Assembly (NCBI GenBank): GCA_907165135.1
Contig: OU015567.1
Location: 9,238,001 to 9,302,000, forward strand
DNA: 64,000 bases
Reading direction: 5' to 3'
From: Oikopleura dioica
Taxonomy: Eukaryota > Animalia > Chordata
Shown piece after piece: positions 11,401 through 23,508 of the stretch. The notes under the pieces are model-generated. The model ran no database searches and was not told the origin of the DNA. It worked only from the letters and a program-made list of their open reading frames with translations. Both the position numbers and the translations under genes were made by a program. Numbering within the stretch: position 1 is the stretch's first letter; each line of letters begins with the position of its first letter.

Positions 11401-13733
11401 TGCTTGGAAATTCACAGCCGATCTAAGCAATGTAAAGGTCGGAATAAAAGGGCAACAGAAGTACCTTGAAAAGCTTCCAGTGATAGGAAAACCGCTACAA
11501 AATGAGTTCGCTAAATTTGCTGCGCCGATTGCGATAAATTCTTGATTTCCATCAACTGTATATCCATTTGCTTTGGCGAAGCCGGTAGCGATTGACAAAG
11601 ATTCAAGGTAAGCAACGATAGGAATAATAATGATTCCAGCACTTGCCTGAGCCATCATCATTCCAGTGTCCACGTGGAAGATCTGTAAGTCAGTTGAGTT
11701 ACCTAAAAATGCTGTTATTATAAATCAAAAATTTCAAGAAACCTGAGGAACAAACATCAAGTCCCGCATTCGCCTCATCAGAGCATTTGTATTCATAATC
11801 GAAAGAGAGTGTCGGTGGTCCCCAGTCAGGTCCATGCGCATTTTGTATATTCGTCAATGTTGCTGAAGTACAACCCTCCGTACCAGGATGGCACCCATTT
11901 TCAAGAAAATTATTAACTGCTTCTTCACTTTCCGTGCAAAACGCGATGATCATTCCAAAATGACGACGACTGCAGCACGGGCAGTCCCAAGAAACCAGAA
12001 AATACTTTGGAAGACACTTTTCATTGCTCATAAAATGGAATTAAATTTAAATGATGACGCCGAAAAATAACTGCTTGTTTTGTAATTTGTTAAACTTTTA
12101 TGAAACACTGCCGTATGAAGCTTCGGATGGTCCTGAAATTGTTGTTTGAGCTCTTTCAAGACCACCAAAACAAAGATTCCAACAAATCCGTACGTATAAT
12201 CGATCCAGTTAGTGTGACCAAGACTCATTTCTTTGCAGCTGTTCAAGAACTTTCCAATAGTTCCGTGGGCGAAAAATCCTGTGCCGTGACCTTTTACGCC
12301 AAATACCTTTCCAACTTGACCAAGCGTGATTGATATCGCTATTCGGGGAAATATTAAGGGTAATGGTATACATCGGCGCGGCGCTGCTCGCTCGACCCGC
12401 GCTCCGCCAGAACCTATTTCTCACGAAGCCGTAAAATCTGAACGGATAAAGATTTTTTCAAAATTTAAAAAGATTCTGAATAATCAAAGTCACTTCTATT
12501 TTCACAGCAAAAATGATAATGATTGTCAAAGAGGAACTATCTGAAAATTGCCAGTTTCCTTCAAATGACATTTTCTTCGATATTTCTCATCCAAAATTTT
12601 TGAAAATTAGACTGTCTTGTAGAGAATCGTCAGCTCTACAAATCCTGTTTTTAGATTTTTGTTTTAGGCTTTCATTAATCTTACATCGCAATTCGTAAAG
12701 AGCGCTACTTGTTCCCGCGCCTCTCCGCTCTCTATTTTTCACGCCACGACCTCACAGCGCTGACTTCAAGGGCGCATATTAAAATCCGAAGAGCTTAAAA
12801 CAAAAATCTGAAAAACAGGATTTGTAGAGCTGACGATTCTCTACAAGACAGTCTAATTTTAAAAAATTTGGATGAGAAATGTCGAAGAAAATGTCATTTG
12901 AAGGAAACTGGCAATTTTCAGATAGTACCTCTTTGACAATCATTACGATTTTTGCTGTGTTAATAGAAGTGACTTTGATTATTCCGAATCTTTTTGAATT
13001 TTGAAAAAATCTTTATCCGTTCAGATTTTACGGCTTCGTGAGAAATAGGTTCTTGCGGAGCGCGGATCGAGCGAGCAGCGCGGCGCCGATGTATACCATT
13101 ACCCTTAAGATTTATTGCTCCAAATGATGCATGAAACAATCAATTTCCTTTCCTGAAGCGTTCACGAAACCGATGATTACTGAATGGGATACAAAATGGA
13201 CCAAGAAACCTAACTGTAATAAACCAAGGGCCATCAAAACCACGCCTTTAAAATAATATTGTTTTACTTGCAGCTAAGCGAATAATACTTACCAGACATT
13301 AATGCAAGAAAAACACATAGTTCAGCATAACTTGTCTGGTCTCCAGAATGCCAAACTGGATCATCTGGCATCGGCCAAGTATCTGGTCGCGCAGCGAACG
13401 TTGCTGTTAAAACTGAAACGATTGCTGTGGGTCCTACAGAGATGTCCTTCGATGTTCCAAAGACAGCATACCACATGATTCCAAAGAATGACGAGTAAAG
13501 ACCGTAAACGACTGGCAAGCCTGCCATATTGGCATAGGCAAGACATTGGGGTGTAACCATCAGACCGATTGTAAATCCGGCTAGGTACTTTTGCTGGTTG
13601 GAGTTGATTTCAATGAAGACTTACCGATCAGATCCCGAATGATATCTGGTGGTCGGTAATCTCTTATCCATAAAAGAATGGGGACCAGCCTTGTGATTGC
13701 ATATCGATGCTTTATTTGCTCCGCACAGCCCAT
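5437..13733 (-). CDS. SLC26A11: SLC26 sulfate/anion transporter (SLC26A11-like); this allele is interrupted by an LTR retrotransposon in a STAS-domain exon
   Basis: QCLAYANMAGLPVVYGLYSS, GTSKDISVGPTA, NQEFIAIGAAN, GFPITGSFSRSAVN. The STAS segment MITI|DMLEVRDMDIG is rejoined across the LTR insertion. Gene ends approximate. Confidence 0.85.
5888..6143 (-). repeat. 3' LTR (256 bp)
   Basis: Identical by eye to 10681-10936; minus-strand termini TATTGGGATC...GATCCCTTCA. Confidence 0.95.
6452..10165 (-). CDS. Gag-protease-RT-partial RNase H polyprotein fused to integrase C-terminal domain
   Basis: Protease VDSGAES; RT DLRSGYWQ, LPFG, YIDD; RNase H TDASLYAAGGVL and EKEMFSIVW; then directly VYIKRE...RWVGPLK (integrase C-terminal type). 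No HHCC or DDE segment. Confidence 0.9.
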   Translation of the reverse strand: MAANKSLLETVTEIRSINDRVNYLEEQVRNDESLKPSLEPLITESRVKLEQLSTTLLTCELDQGKESTNATMREEAWVATTWSRHVQDLPKLDAACNTSFNTFLGRADIYHRAYVRDRPSREQPFIAAVYSHFDLNIERSLGTEFLNCQDWKSAKALLEKSFAAKSHYLLKLSEVFDVEYDHSKPFAHYTANVLQKMNEAKQATLNSYRQEKSADAGVDEIFDIFSTMMLYLNLRKEEPDVFNAILPSLSKVYDINELCRLAQSTRQNRVDSATVSQHFNRNKNKKKKNAKRASTDSKDGKDDKQPESKKINTTKNVEDFQPFDVHFYTVKKKRPGKAYFASATIITGSKSFDVSMEVDSGAESSCLSAAYVPDKFLQMLKPCPFKVTGFSPNIPAEQPRGILPCRLSFNGGPAFSLNLTIMPGSKYPSLLGRDILENAMTDSFTVDNKNRTLSFCYNEAFTQTETQVVKLDGVKRTKIKKYLTTRSAVKDSDRSRTQPPREVPKLDAPNKNAARCPIQLAKQKLGITLPADADPGQKKMVAELCLEFDDRFGCDGQKMGEFPFEIEIPTDGTSRNISQHPIPQAFHGQVSDHISELLETKIIEEIKDQKGFNSPVLPIPKKSGEMRFCINYKNSLNKCLSDKSDPYHLPSMEDTIANIGPGNKFFATVDLRSGYWQCPVKKSDRYKTSFQWGGKSYAFCRLPFGYRCSGNIFSRVVNTILDSSPTRKKMLSYIDDIVCFGKTFSCYYNTLRNLFIALRKFNAKLKGEKCSFLQSEAHFLGRIINEDGIKPDPAQVSALRQMKPPRSQKELASLIGSLNWIRGFLETKMGEAISSGCFSSRMKPINDVRNSANETNCFKWTKEADLALKEIQRRLSETPVISFPNFDESFHLYTDASLYAAGGVLLQEYGGRVHLVSAISHTFNKAERKWNTSEKEMFSIVWCCERLEHRLKNEPKPRPIPAGAVVYIKRENLTDAKSKKERWVGPLKAVSSNDWVVMVEDKKGQRDFIHREHVVHAAERNHDLRWIDYYEAEYVFPHLTEIVKSKVPQKSPVPTSKPMEKSGSKSHGGRKSSQVASTPMVAMEKPPRSSLSPILESRRRLDMENLGDTTATSILDSSVAPAEPSDRWYSGGTLYETAEDTSADATVISEVAAPDNSHMSVDKHNSTVVEDSATENSKKRTRPKSSPDRQYSAGADPNATLTEVGAAHLPKHTKRAHRETRPVEPLNIGTNSGQSYD
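10669..10679 (-). promoter_or_regulatory. Primer-binding site (tRNA-iMet type)
   Basis: TGGTATCAGAG one nucleotide downstream of the 5' LTR on the minus strand. Confidence 0.75.
10681..10936 (-). repeat. 5' LTR (256 bp)
   Basis: Direct repeat of 5888-6143, followed on the minus strand by the PBS. Confidence 0.95.
12358..13104. mobile_element. Second palindromic TTAA-TSD element (Kolobok-like), in an SLC26 intron
   Basis: TTAA at 12354-12357 and 13105-13108; ends GGGTAATGGTATACATCGGCGC / GCGCCGATGTATACCATTACCC; arms of over 300 bp are inverted copies. Confidence 0.85.
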
Positions 13734-14130
13734 ATTTTTGATAAATAAAAATTCTAGCTCCTTGTCCCTTTTCGTGCCTGATCTCTGTCACAGAACAGCG
13801 ACGCATAAAAATCCTTGAATAGCTGATAGATATTTAAGCGTTTGGAAGCTGTGCTCTTGCATGACGAGCGTAAAATTTGCCCTGTAATTATCCTAGAGGT
13901 CATCATTATATTCTTGAAGACTTGTGGTATTTCCTGCTGAGTTATTGATGTTCCAATTTAAATTGAAGCCAAGTTGAAGGAGAAAAAATGCCTTTTGGAC
14001 AAAAATTTCTCATGCGATTTTTTAGAGAAATAGTCTTTTGTTTATGGCTGTGTTGGAATGTTCAAAAGTGAGTGGTGAAAATTTAGTATGCACAGTTGTT
14101 TTTGGTAGTGAACAGTAGTCTGGTAGTGAA

Positions 14131-15771
14131 TCATTGTTGTTTGCAGTCGCGGCTGAAATTGTCGGCGATTTCTTCGAGCTTCTCTTCCACAGCTGCGTTT
14201 TCCTTGAACTTTTGCTCCGATTCTGCGTTTGAGAATTTACGCTCAGTTTTCATCCCGGCCTCTTTTTGGATGTTTTCGACCTTTATTTCCTTGTTGACTG
14301 GTTTCTGAGCTGCAAGGGGCTTTTGAGGACTTTCTTCGGTATCTAAACATCAAGTATATCAAACGTTGATTTCTGTCGCTTACCAGAAATTGATTTTTCG
14401 AAAGTCGGAGCTCTAAATTCGCATTTTTCTCCTCAACAAATTTGAGCTGGTTGTTGAGATCCTTAATCTTGTCGGAGAGGCCGATCTTGTCAAGCATAAT
14501 TGTGTGGATCCGAGAGTTCAGATTTCGTATTTCCGCTTCTTTCTGGTTCAGTCTGATGCGGTGCTGGCTCGGATCAGATGCGTTGTCACTTTCCGTTGCC
14601 TTTTGTAAGCCCTAATAAATTATTCAGTCTAACAGTTTTGATGAAAAAATACCTTATAATATTCAGCTTGTTCAACAGCCAGATTTCTCGCTACAGTGAG
14701 CTCTTTATTCTCTTCGCTAAGACGCTTGTTGCTAGCCTCTGTGAAACGCTTGGTTCTTAGCTCTTTTTCGGCCGTAATCTTGAACCTTGTCAGTTCTTTG
14801 ACTTTCTTCTCCAGAGCGTCAAAGTTTTCGATCTTTCCCTTGTAGCTACACAAATAATGCTTACGGGCATTCAGAATAATCTTACTTTTCTTCGAGGTCT
14901 CTCAACTTTTGCGCAGTAAGTTGTCGCTGATCCTCGACTTCGTTGAACAATGAGTTTCCCTGGCCAAGCGCTTCTGGAGCAGTTTGAGAATTTGACGCAG
15001 CAGCTTTGAGTTCTTGAACTTCGAATTCCAGATCGTTGACTCTCTCTTGCAGCTAATTTTTATCATAAAAATGCGGTCGTCGAAAGAAAACGGTACCTTA
15101 TCAATAGTTTCGGATTTTTCGTCGTTAGAAATGACAAGCTGTTGATTTTGCTCCGTCAACTCCTTCGTCTGCTTTTGATCTTCGTCCATTTTCTTCCTTG
15201 CCATTTCGAGCGAGCTCATCATCGATCGCGCCTGCGTCTCATATTCTATCACTTTCTCTTCTATTGCCGATATCTTCTTCTTGTACTCTTCCTCTTCGAT
15301 CATTCCGGTCTTCTCTGTCGCTTTCTGAGACTCTTGGATCTTTTCGCGGAGGCTTTTGATTTCGTTGTCTTTTTCTACGAGCTTATTTTGGGACTCTTCA
15401 TTTTGAGACCTGAAATTCGGAGTTTTTAAAAACAGTAAAATTAAGAGTTCTTGCCTCAAAGAAGTAGCTTCAGTTTGCTTCGCAATCAGCTGTTTCTTTA
15501 AACTCTCCTTTTCTGCAGTCAAGATGTCTTTTTGTTCTGCGAAATCTCGCTCGCATCTCTCCTCGACATCAACGGTTTCTGCCAAGAGATCTTGACACCG
15601 CTTTCGCTCTTTTGCCAGGATCTCGTTGGCCGATGCAAGTTGCTCCTTCAATCGACCGTTTTCGCCCAGAAGCTGTTTGCCAAATAGCGCTGCTTGTTCG
15701 CAGTTTGATCTCGAGTCCTTGAGCTCATTTTCTGCCTTGGCCAGTTTTTCCTGGTATTCTTCAAGACTCAT
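14131..15771 (-). CDS. SPDL1: Spindly (kinetochore dynein adaptor)
   Basis: CC1 box EQAALFGKQLL; Spindly motif GNSLFNEVEDQR near 14930-14965; coiled coils; C-terminal CKQQ-stop resembling the farnesylated CPQQ of human Spindly. Confidence 0.85.
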
Positions 15772-15864
15772 TTTAATCTGAAAAGGAGAAATGTGACATT
15801 TCATTTCGAAAAATGAAAAAATATTTTTAAGTTAAAACAGTAGAAAAATAATAATAATAAAGTA

Positions 15865-18596
15865 TCATTTGGCGAGGTTTTTTGCAAAGTCCTGGAACTT
15901 CTTCTGTAACGAGAGTCGGTCATTTTCTCGGTCACGGAGGAGGTCTCGGAGTTCGTCCTCGACTTGTTTTATCTTCAAGGCTTGAGCTCGAACCAAACGG
16001 GCCAGTTTTCGGTTGTCCTCTTCAAAGTGGATCACTGTTTTTAGCTTTGCTTCCAGCTCTAAAAGAGAAGAAAATTCAAATGATGCTGCGCCGCGTACCT
16101 GTAAATGATTTCTCTTTTTCGCCGATTTCACTTTGTAGCTCGTTGATGATTTTGTCTTTTTCGGCGATTTCGCAGTTTAATTCGTTCTCTTTTTGTTGCT
16201 TTTGAACTGAAAAATGCGCGAGTTTCTCCTCAAGATTTTCGATAACGATCGTTCGCTCACGCCACTTTTCTTCGTTGGCCTTTTTCTGCGCGTAAAACTT
16301 CTCTTTTTCTTCTAAAACGGGTTTTATATTACTGGTATATTTGGGGATAAAGGTACCTAATAAATGCTCTCGATCGGCTTCTCCGCGAGCAAGTCTTCGT
16401 TCCGCTTTTTCCAAGTGCTTGATTTGCGAGTCGCATTCTGCTTGCATTTCAAACGCTTGTTTTCGTTTTTGGTCGAGTTTGGCTTTGAGATCTTGAATTT
16501 GTTGCTGCGCGGAATCGAGTTCTTTTTCTTTGATTTTGAGCTTTTTCTCATTTTGCGCCTAGAAATCGTTTCAAAAGAGTTTTTTCGAATGTGTACCTCT
16601 ATTGCTAGTTTTTGCTTCAATGCATCGTTTTCCGCGATTAAATTGCCCTTTTCTTTCGCCAAATCGGAGGTTTGCGATGCTAGCCCTTTCGACCACTGCT
16701 CCCGCTCTGCTTTGAGTCCGTTGACGATTCCCTCTTGCTCCGTCAATGTCGCAATTAGCTTCGCCTTCGTTTTCTGCGATTCCTGAAGAGCCAGTTTGCT
16801 TCTTTGCTCATCTCTGTATCTTTGATCTGCAAGCTCTTTCGCTTTTCTAACTGCGTCAACAAGCCGGTCAATTTTGTCTTCTAACTCGGAGTTTCTCGCT
16901 TTCAACTCTTTAGCGCCGGATGCGACCATATCAACGGTGTCCTTCGCCTTTTTCTCCGAGAAAAACAACCTTTCTTGGTTGATTCTCAATTCAGCATGTT
17001 CCTCCTTGAGCTTGTCGATTTTCTCCCTGAGTTTGTTCTTCTCGTTGTCTTCAATTTTCAGCGCTTCTCTAAACTCTTGTTCGAGGGCGGAGTATCGTTT
17101 CTTTGCGTCGGTTTTGTACTCTTCCATATATTTCACTGCGACTTGGAGTTTATCTTTGACGTAGTTTTGCATCTCTGGCGAGTCTGGATGAATGCTAACT
17201 GACAATTTTTCTTGCGCTAGTTTGAGTTCTTTTTCTAGCGCAACATATTTTGATTGCATCGCCGAAGCCTCTGATACAAGCTTTTCATTAGCTATCGAAA
17301 GATTACGATTCTCCTCTGCTTGTTTTTCGTTGTGATGCTTTAGCTTGTTCAACTCTTCCTGTAAATTTTTCATAGCGCGTTTTTCGTTGCTGAACTCTTT
17401 CAACGTCCGTGCAAGAGTTTGCTCGTGCGACTCATTTTTCTCCCGTTCCGCTTTTGCAAGATCTTTGAACTTGACCAGACCGTCTAGGGCAGTTTGGAGC
17501 TGCGACGTTTTCTGATTGATGTCCAGCTGTTGGTCTTCTGTTAGTCTCTGCAATGCAAAAGCTTCGTTTTTCATCTTGAGTATTTCTTCTTGGAGTGTGT
17601 TGGTTTGTTGCTCGAAACTGGTCGCCATCTGGCGCATTTCTTTCATAGCGTTTGCGCATTTTGAGCACTTAGAATGTGCACTGTTTGTTGGAGGTCGAGG
17701 TTTTCTTCCGGCAGAAGCTATAATGAACCCATTCAGCTGATATTTGATTATAAGATCGTACCTGATGGCAGTGGAGCTTGTTTATTTTGATTAATGAGTT
17801 TTTGCAGTTGCTTTTCGAGCCTATCAATCTTTGAATTTGTTTGTTCCTGCTCTCTAGCCGCTGATTCCGCAAGAATCCTAGTCTGCGCCTGCTCCAGCAT
17901 CTTTTGAGCCATCAGGCCGAAATCATCTGCTGTCATTGGTTTCTTTATTTCTTCTTGTACCCAAGGATTTTGATTCCTTGGAGTCGGATTTTGAGAAGTT
18001 TGTGGATTTCTGGATGGTTGGCTGTCAGAAAAAACAAGTGGAGGTAGAGCGCGGCCATCTCGACTTACTCCGTCGATTGAGATTATATGAGGGCAGCTGG
18101 CGAAGATTGTTTCGGCAGAAGAGGTGATAGGGTTATCCGCGATCGTGATTCTTTCTAAAGTTTTTGTGCAATCGAGCATTTGGCAGGTTGATTGAACATG
18201 CGAAATCTGATTTCCGTGTAAGAAAAGCTCTTGCAGTGACGATTCTTTGTTCGCAAACGCTGGTAGAAACCCCAAAGACATGAGCATATTGTAACTCAAG
18301 TTCAGGTGCCTCAACGATACTAGCGAGGCCATTTCCTGCGGTGAAATTTCTCCGATGGAGTTGCTCGACAGGTTGAGAATTTTTAAACAAACGAGGGATT
18401 CCAAGCCAGAGACCTTTTCGATCGAATTCGCAGAAATATCAAGCTCGACAAGATGGGTGAGACGATCTAGTCCTGAGATAGTTTCGATTTGATTTGCATG
18501 AAGATTAAGAGACAACACATCGGGCAAGAGATGAAGGCTTTCTATTTTCTCTATCCCTTCGTCTATTCGAGAAAGTCGCTGAACTTTCAAGTCCAT
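15865..18596 (-). CDS. LRRCC1: Leucine-rich repeat and coiled-coil centrosomal protein
   Basis: N-terminal SDS22-like LRRs (LNLHANQI, LDISANSI, LFLHGNQI), long coiled coil, EQEGIVNGLKAEREQW and C-terminal VEDELRDLL...KFQDFAKNL. Confidence 0.85.
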
Positions 18597-18699
18597 TTCT
18601 GATTTCTGAATGACGTTTTTTTAATATTTTATTTTGATTGCCAAAATAGTGAAATAAATATTTCTGGGAATGTGAAAGAAATGGCAGTTTGTAAATGTG

Positions 18700-20884
18700 C
18701 TAAGTTGGTGAATTATTTTTTGCCGCCGAAAAGACGCTGCAAATTCGCCATTGCTTCATTGGCGTTCTTTCGGTTGTCGGCTATCTCGTTTGTCACTAGA
18801 ATTGCTTCGTCAGAGCAGACAAATAAATTGTGACTTACAAGAATAGACTTTAGACTCGGCCGCCTGGAGCTTCGTTCGCAAGTCCGTAGCCTCGTTTCTT
18901 TGATTTTTAAGCTCTCGCTGATACTTCGCAGTCTTCGCTTTGTACTCCTCGATTTTGGCTGAAGAGCTTTCGACTAAAATTATTATGAACACGTATCACA
19001 AAGAGTCCAATTTACCTTGTTGAATCAGGGCCTGGTTGTCGCTGCTCAGGTCGATGATGTTCTTTTGCCACCACCGATCAGAATTGGACATGTTCGAAAT
19101 GTATTCTTCGAGGCCCCTTCTCGAGTTTCTCTCCTGTTCTAACAGCAGTTCTAGCCCTCTTAAATTCTTTTGTTAAAATAAAAATATTTTTGGGAAGTTA
19201 CCGAATCTGTCGTTTATATTCGTCTTCAATCATTGAGTTCCACTTATGTCCTGAATCACGAGATTTCTTGGAACTGTTGCTTACATTTTCTTTATCATCC
19301 TCGCATTCTGTGGACATTTCGCTGAATGATCGCTTTAATTTGTGAGGCGTACATTCGGGCATGTTTCTAGCACTTGACCCATGCGCGCTGTCCGCGATGC
19401 AGATGAAGTCAGTCGTCTCGATGGTAGATTCATTAAATCTGCGAAGAACTTTAACTCCAAATAGAGCGTTGTCTTTGTCGTCTTTACAAAAGACCAGATG
19501 ACGGAGGTATTTTTGGAGGTGAATGTTCAGCTCTTTTGGCGGATAATTAAGCCAAGCAGCCAGTCCACAAAAGCCTTTCGCGACAAAGCTACCTTCTAGC
19601 TTTAAATTAACGATTTCGTGCAGGATTTCTGAAAGAAAATGTTTGCAATCGAAAAAATGAATGATTCGTACCTAAAATCGGGTCCGCATCGTTCTCGAAT
19701 TGAGTAGAACTTTCAACAGGAGAAGCCAGCTGAAGAATTTCGGAGAGAATGAATATCTTCTGATAGAGGAAGATTGCATTCACATGGCCGGTCTTTCCAA
19801 TTACATTCAAGATCATCCCAAGTTCGTTCTGGACGCTTGGTAAAAGATCGGGAATGTCTGCAACGCTTGTGCCGTTTTCGGACCAGTAGTGAAGACATAG
19901 ACGACCAGCCCAGATAGGAAGGGCAGCGTGCTTCAGCGGGCACTTTCTGATCATCGCCCAGCTTCGTGGGGAAATCTCGCCAGCGTCTTCTTCGATCATT
20001 GAAATCTGCTTCCCAATCAGATCAGAAAGGGATTTCGATAGTTTTGTAAGATGGTAGAGAAGCTTTAGCACAAGAGAGATTTTATTTGAATCGAACTCGG
20101 ATTGATTGCTGATCATTCGGAGACTCAAAGCAATTATGCTCTCACTGCTTGTCGCTTCAGCTTCATACAGAAGGAAAGCATGTTCGTCTCGAATGCACTC
20201 CCTGTAAATGTAAAAGCAGGCAGCGTTTAGACCATCAACTCCCCCTGTGTTCACTTTCAGTTCGTTTCTTACGAGATCGCGGGCATATCGACGGTTATCT
20301 TCGCTCTTCATAAAACTAGAGACGAATTGAGACGTCTGCGAGCTGGTAGAAACGGTGGCAAGATTGGAGATCAAACGAATAGATTGCAGCTTCAGCGTCA
20401 TGTTCTCCCGACTCTCTTTTCTCTGCACCACTTCAAGCAAAAACTGCCTCGCAGATTTCGTCAGTTTCTCCTGAACCATCGGAACATAAGCAGGACTGAG
20501 TTGGGTGACAGAACTCAGCAGACCAAGCAAAATTGAGCTGGACGCACTCAAGGTCAAATTTTCGCAGGCCCAGATGATTAGCGTCTCGAGCGAGGCAAAG
20601 TTCTCAGTTCGTCTGTAGAAGTCCTTCGAGTCCATCAACCAGGTTATGAAACGCGCTACCGCTACGCGATCTTCCAGCGAGTTTTTCTCGGTGACTTTCG
20701 ATCCGAGACAGACGATGAACTCCTCAATCAGCTTTGGAGGATAATGGATAGGCGCAAGGTTTTGGAGGACATCCATAACGGTCGATAACAGGTTTCCTTT
20801 ATCATCAATTAGTTTTAAGCCTATTGTTTTGGACAACCTGTTATATAATCTTTCTTGAGAACGATCGGCATTCTCCATAGCCAT
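18700..20884 (-). CDS. ARM/HEAT-like helical protein with C-terminal coiled coil, possibly CIP2A-like
   Basis: 425-aa leucine-rich helical ORF plus downstream spliced coiled-coil exons (18700-19560). Resemblance to CIP2A is architectural and weak. 3' end approximate. Confidence 0.5.
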
Positions 20885-21069
20885 CCTGCAATGTCTCTTG
20901 AATCGAATTCAGCGGGGATATCGATCTCTGATACAGGGCCATTATCAAGTTGGTCAAAAATGCTCATTTTCTGAAATGATGAAAGTGAGTTCTACCGTTG
21001 AAAACACCGTCTGCCACGTTGAATATTGAGAATAGATATTGATCAACACGTTTTTCTGGCGTGATTTCA

Positions 21070-22060
21070 CGGATTTCGGTTGTTTTTGGGAAATTTTTTT
21101 ATTGAGGCAGCTGTTTTTGCAGCTTCAATTTTCTGGCAGTTGCAGCAGGGAAAAAGAAAAGAAGGAGATTATTGCGTTCTTGCGCGCTTTGCAGCGGGGC
21201 CAAGGTCAGCTTCATTTTTGATTTTTCGACCTGTAGGACGAGGAGTCGGTTTTGCTTCGACTTTCGGGTGATGAAGCTAAACTCGTTATTTTTGATCAAT
21301 TCGAGCATTCTTACTTCGATTGGCTCTTTATTAGGCGCCGGTTGGAAGAATATATGCGGATGAGTTCGCTGCATTTTCCCAAGAAGAATGTCGACTCTAT
21401 TCCTCTGAAACGGTGTTGCCACTTTTTGGCGCTGTCGATGATATTCGTCCTCTTTTTCCTTTGCCTGTTGCTCTTTTGTCTTGTCGCCATCTCCCCAATT
21501 CCATGAGTAGCCTTTGTCGGGGTCGAAGTTGGAAGCTTTTTGGCACTTTTTGAAGGCGTTGTGAACGCGGTCGAGAGCAGTGGCGAGGCGGGAGTTCAGA
21601 ACGGAAGCCAGATCTGGAGCCATATACACAGTGCCGCAAATGATATGGTAGTAAGCCAGGGGTTCTAGTTGCTGACCACTGTCTGTGATCGTTCTTCTTC
21701 GTTTCTAATATTGATAGAGATTTCGACTCTTTTTGTCAATACGATACCTGGATAATGTATAAAACTGGCTCTTGGTAATGATGCAGGGTGTATTCAATTC
21801 CCGGCATGTTGACGAGCGAGTCTAACGACCTACCCTGCATCCGCAACTGCTCATTATTGCACTGCCGATCGTAGAAAGGATTGGCAATGTTCGAGAAATA
21901 ATCAAGAACATTATTGGCATTTAGTTGCGCGGCGAGAAATGGCTGAAATTAAAACTTAATGAAGACCAGAGAGAAGAGTAAAGCTTACCTCTCTATATGA
22001 CATGTGGAGAAGTTCCTGCTGTTGAGCAGCCGCACTATCAGCTTGCGATGGGCCCGACAT
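21070..22060 (-). CDS. MED6: Mediator subunit 6
   Basis: NVLDYFSNIANPFYDRQCNNEQLRMQ, GIEYTLHHYQEPVLYII, APDLASVLNSRL, FQRNRVDILL. 3' end approximate. Confidence 0.92.
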
Positions 22061-22168
22061 GATTTTTATCTAATTGAAGCAGGGATGAGTTATTTTTTGA
22101 AGAAAGAAGAAATATAATAATTAAGAAAAGGAAACTTCAATAATAAGAACAAATGAAAATATGAGAAA

Positions 22169-23457
22169 CTATTCGAAAATAGGGGCAGCTTTGTTGGCCA
22201 GTTGTTGGAGAGCGTAAATAGGCACTTCGGCGGAGAATAAGAACACAATGTGGCGGTTGTCTTGCTTTAGTACGTATGCTTGAAAGAAGTTTGGATCGAT
22301 GGGTGATTGATGAAGGCTTACATTTGTATTGCTTTCTAGCAGAGTAAAATTCGGAATGTGTAGGATTTTGCGTTTTAGTATCACGAAAGACGCTCATCAA
22401 ATTGAGCTTTATTTCGTCCTCTGTCAATTCGTTTTCCATTAGCGAAGCTATCAACAAGTTAAACCGAGTTTCAAATTGATAATAATACATTTAGTAGGAC
22501 GAATGTAAAGCATCGTCTTCATTATCGCCTCATCTTGAATCAAAGTTCCAATGAGACCTGGCGGAAGGCCCTTGGGACCTTTGACGAAATTTCTCAGTGG
22601 CTCGAGTTGGGAAATATCGTGTGGTGTAAATTTTACTACAAATCTTGAGCTATTGAAAGAGAGAATAACCCTTACTTGTTGTTAAATTCGTAACGCTACC
22701 GCAAAGAGCGACCATGGAGGTATTTCCAAAGAGTTTAATGAGAATAAGACGATAAGCGTTGTCTGGAGCAAGTTTATATAAATAAACAGGGAGTTCAACG
22801 AGCGCTTTATCAGAGTAAACACTCGCACAATAAGCAATAATGTTTATCTCGATGTAATCCAACTGCTCCCCAAAATCAGACTTCATTGAAATGATTTCAT
22901 TGTCTTGGACAATCGCGACATATGGGGTTTCAAGACGATCAGACCAGAAGTCGATCTGTTTTTGGATTTCAGGAAGCTTTGAGAAAGAAAGGGAGTAAAC
23001 GGGGAAGTCAGTGATGAGCCAAACTGGAACTTCGTCGATTTGGCAAATGAGGCCGTCGAGAAGAGGGTAGGCTAGGCGAATATCTTTTTTCAGACGAGGA
23101 TCAGCAATCTCTACCAGGTCATCTTGGCCAAGGAGGAGGAGGATTATCTTGTCCGCATAATCAGTCAAGCGATGTGCGTAATATTCATTTACGTTTTTGT
23201 CGAACCAGCAAATAACTAATTACAAATGTTCTTTTTAAGCTTTTTGGAAGACTACTACCTGTGTGGGTTTTTCTTTTCAAGATATAAATCCTCAACGAAT
23301 CAGTAATGCAACTAATTGGATCTAACTCTGCCTCCGATTGACTGAAGAGAACAGAGCTCCAGATTGTCAGTAGTTGTGTGGTTGCTACTGAACGGCCGTG
23401 GGATGATCTGACGAAGAGGATGTTCCCGTCGGGATTTATCAAACTCACTCCTTCCAT
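22169..23457 (-). CDS. FUZ: Fuzzy planar cell polarity effector (tri-longin)
   Basis: LFVRSS, ILLLLGQDDLVEIADPRLKKDIRLAYPLLDGL, IKLFGNTSMVALCG and C-terminal VFLFSAEVPIYALQQLA resemble Fuzzy. Confidence 0.75.
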
Positions 23458-23508
23458 GCTATTCTCATTCTAAAGACACTAGAATAAGAGATGGATCGAT
23501 AAATGAAT

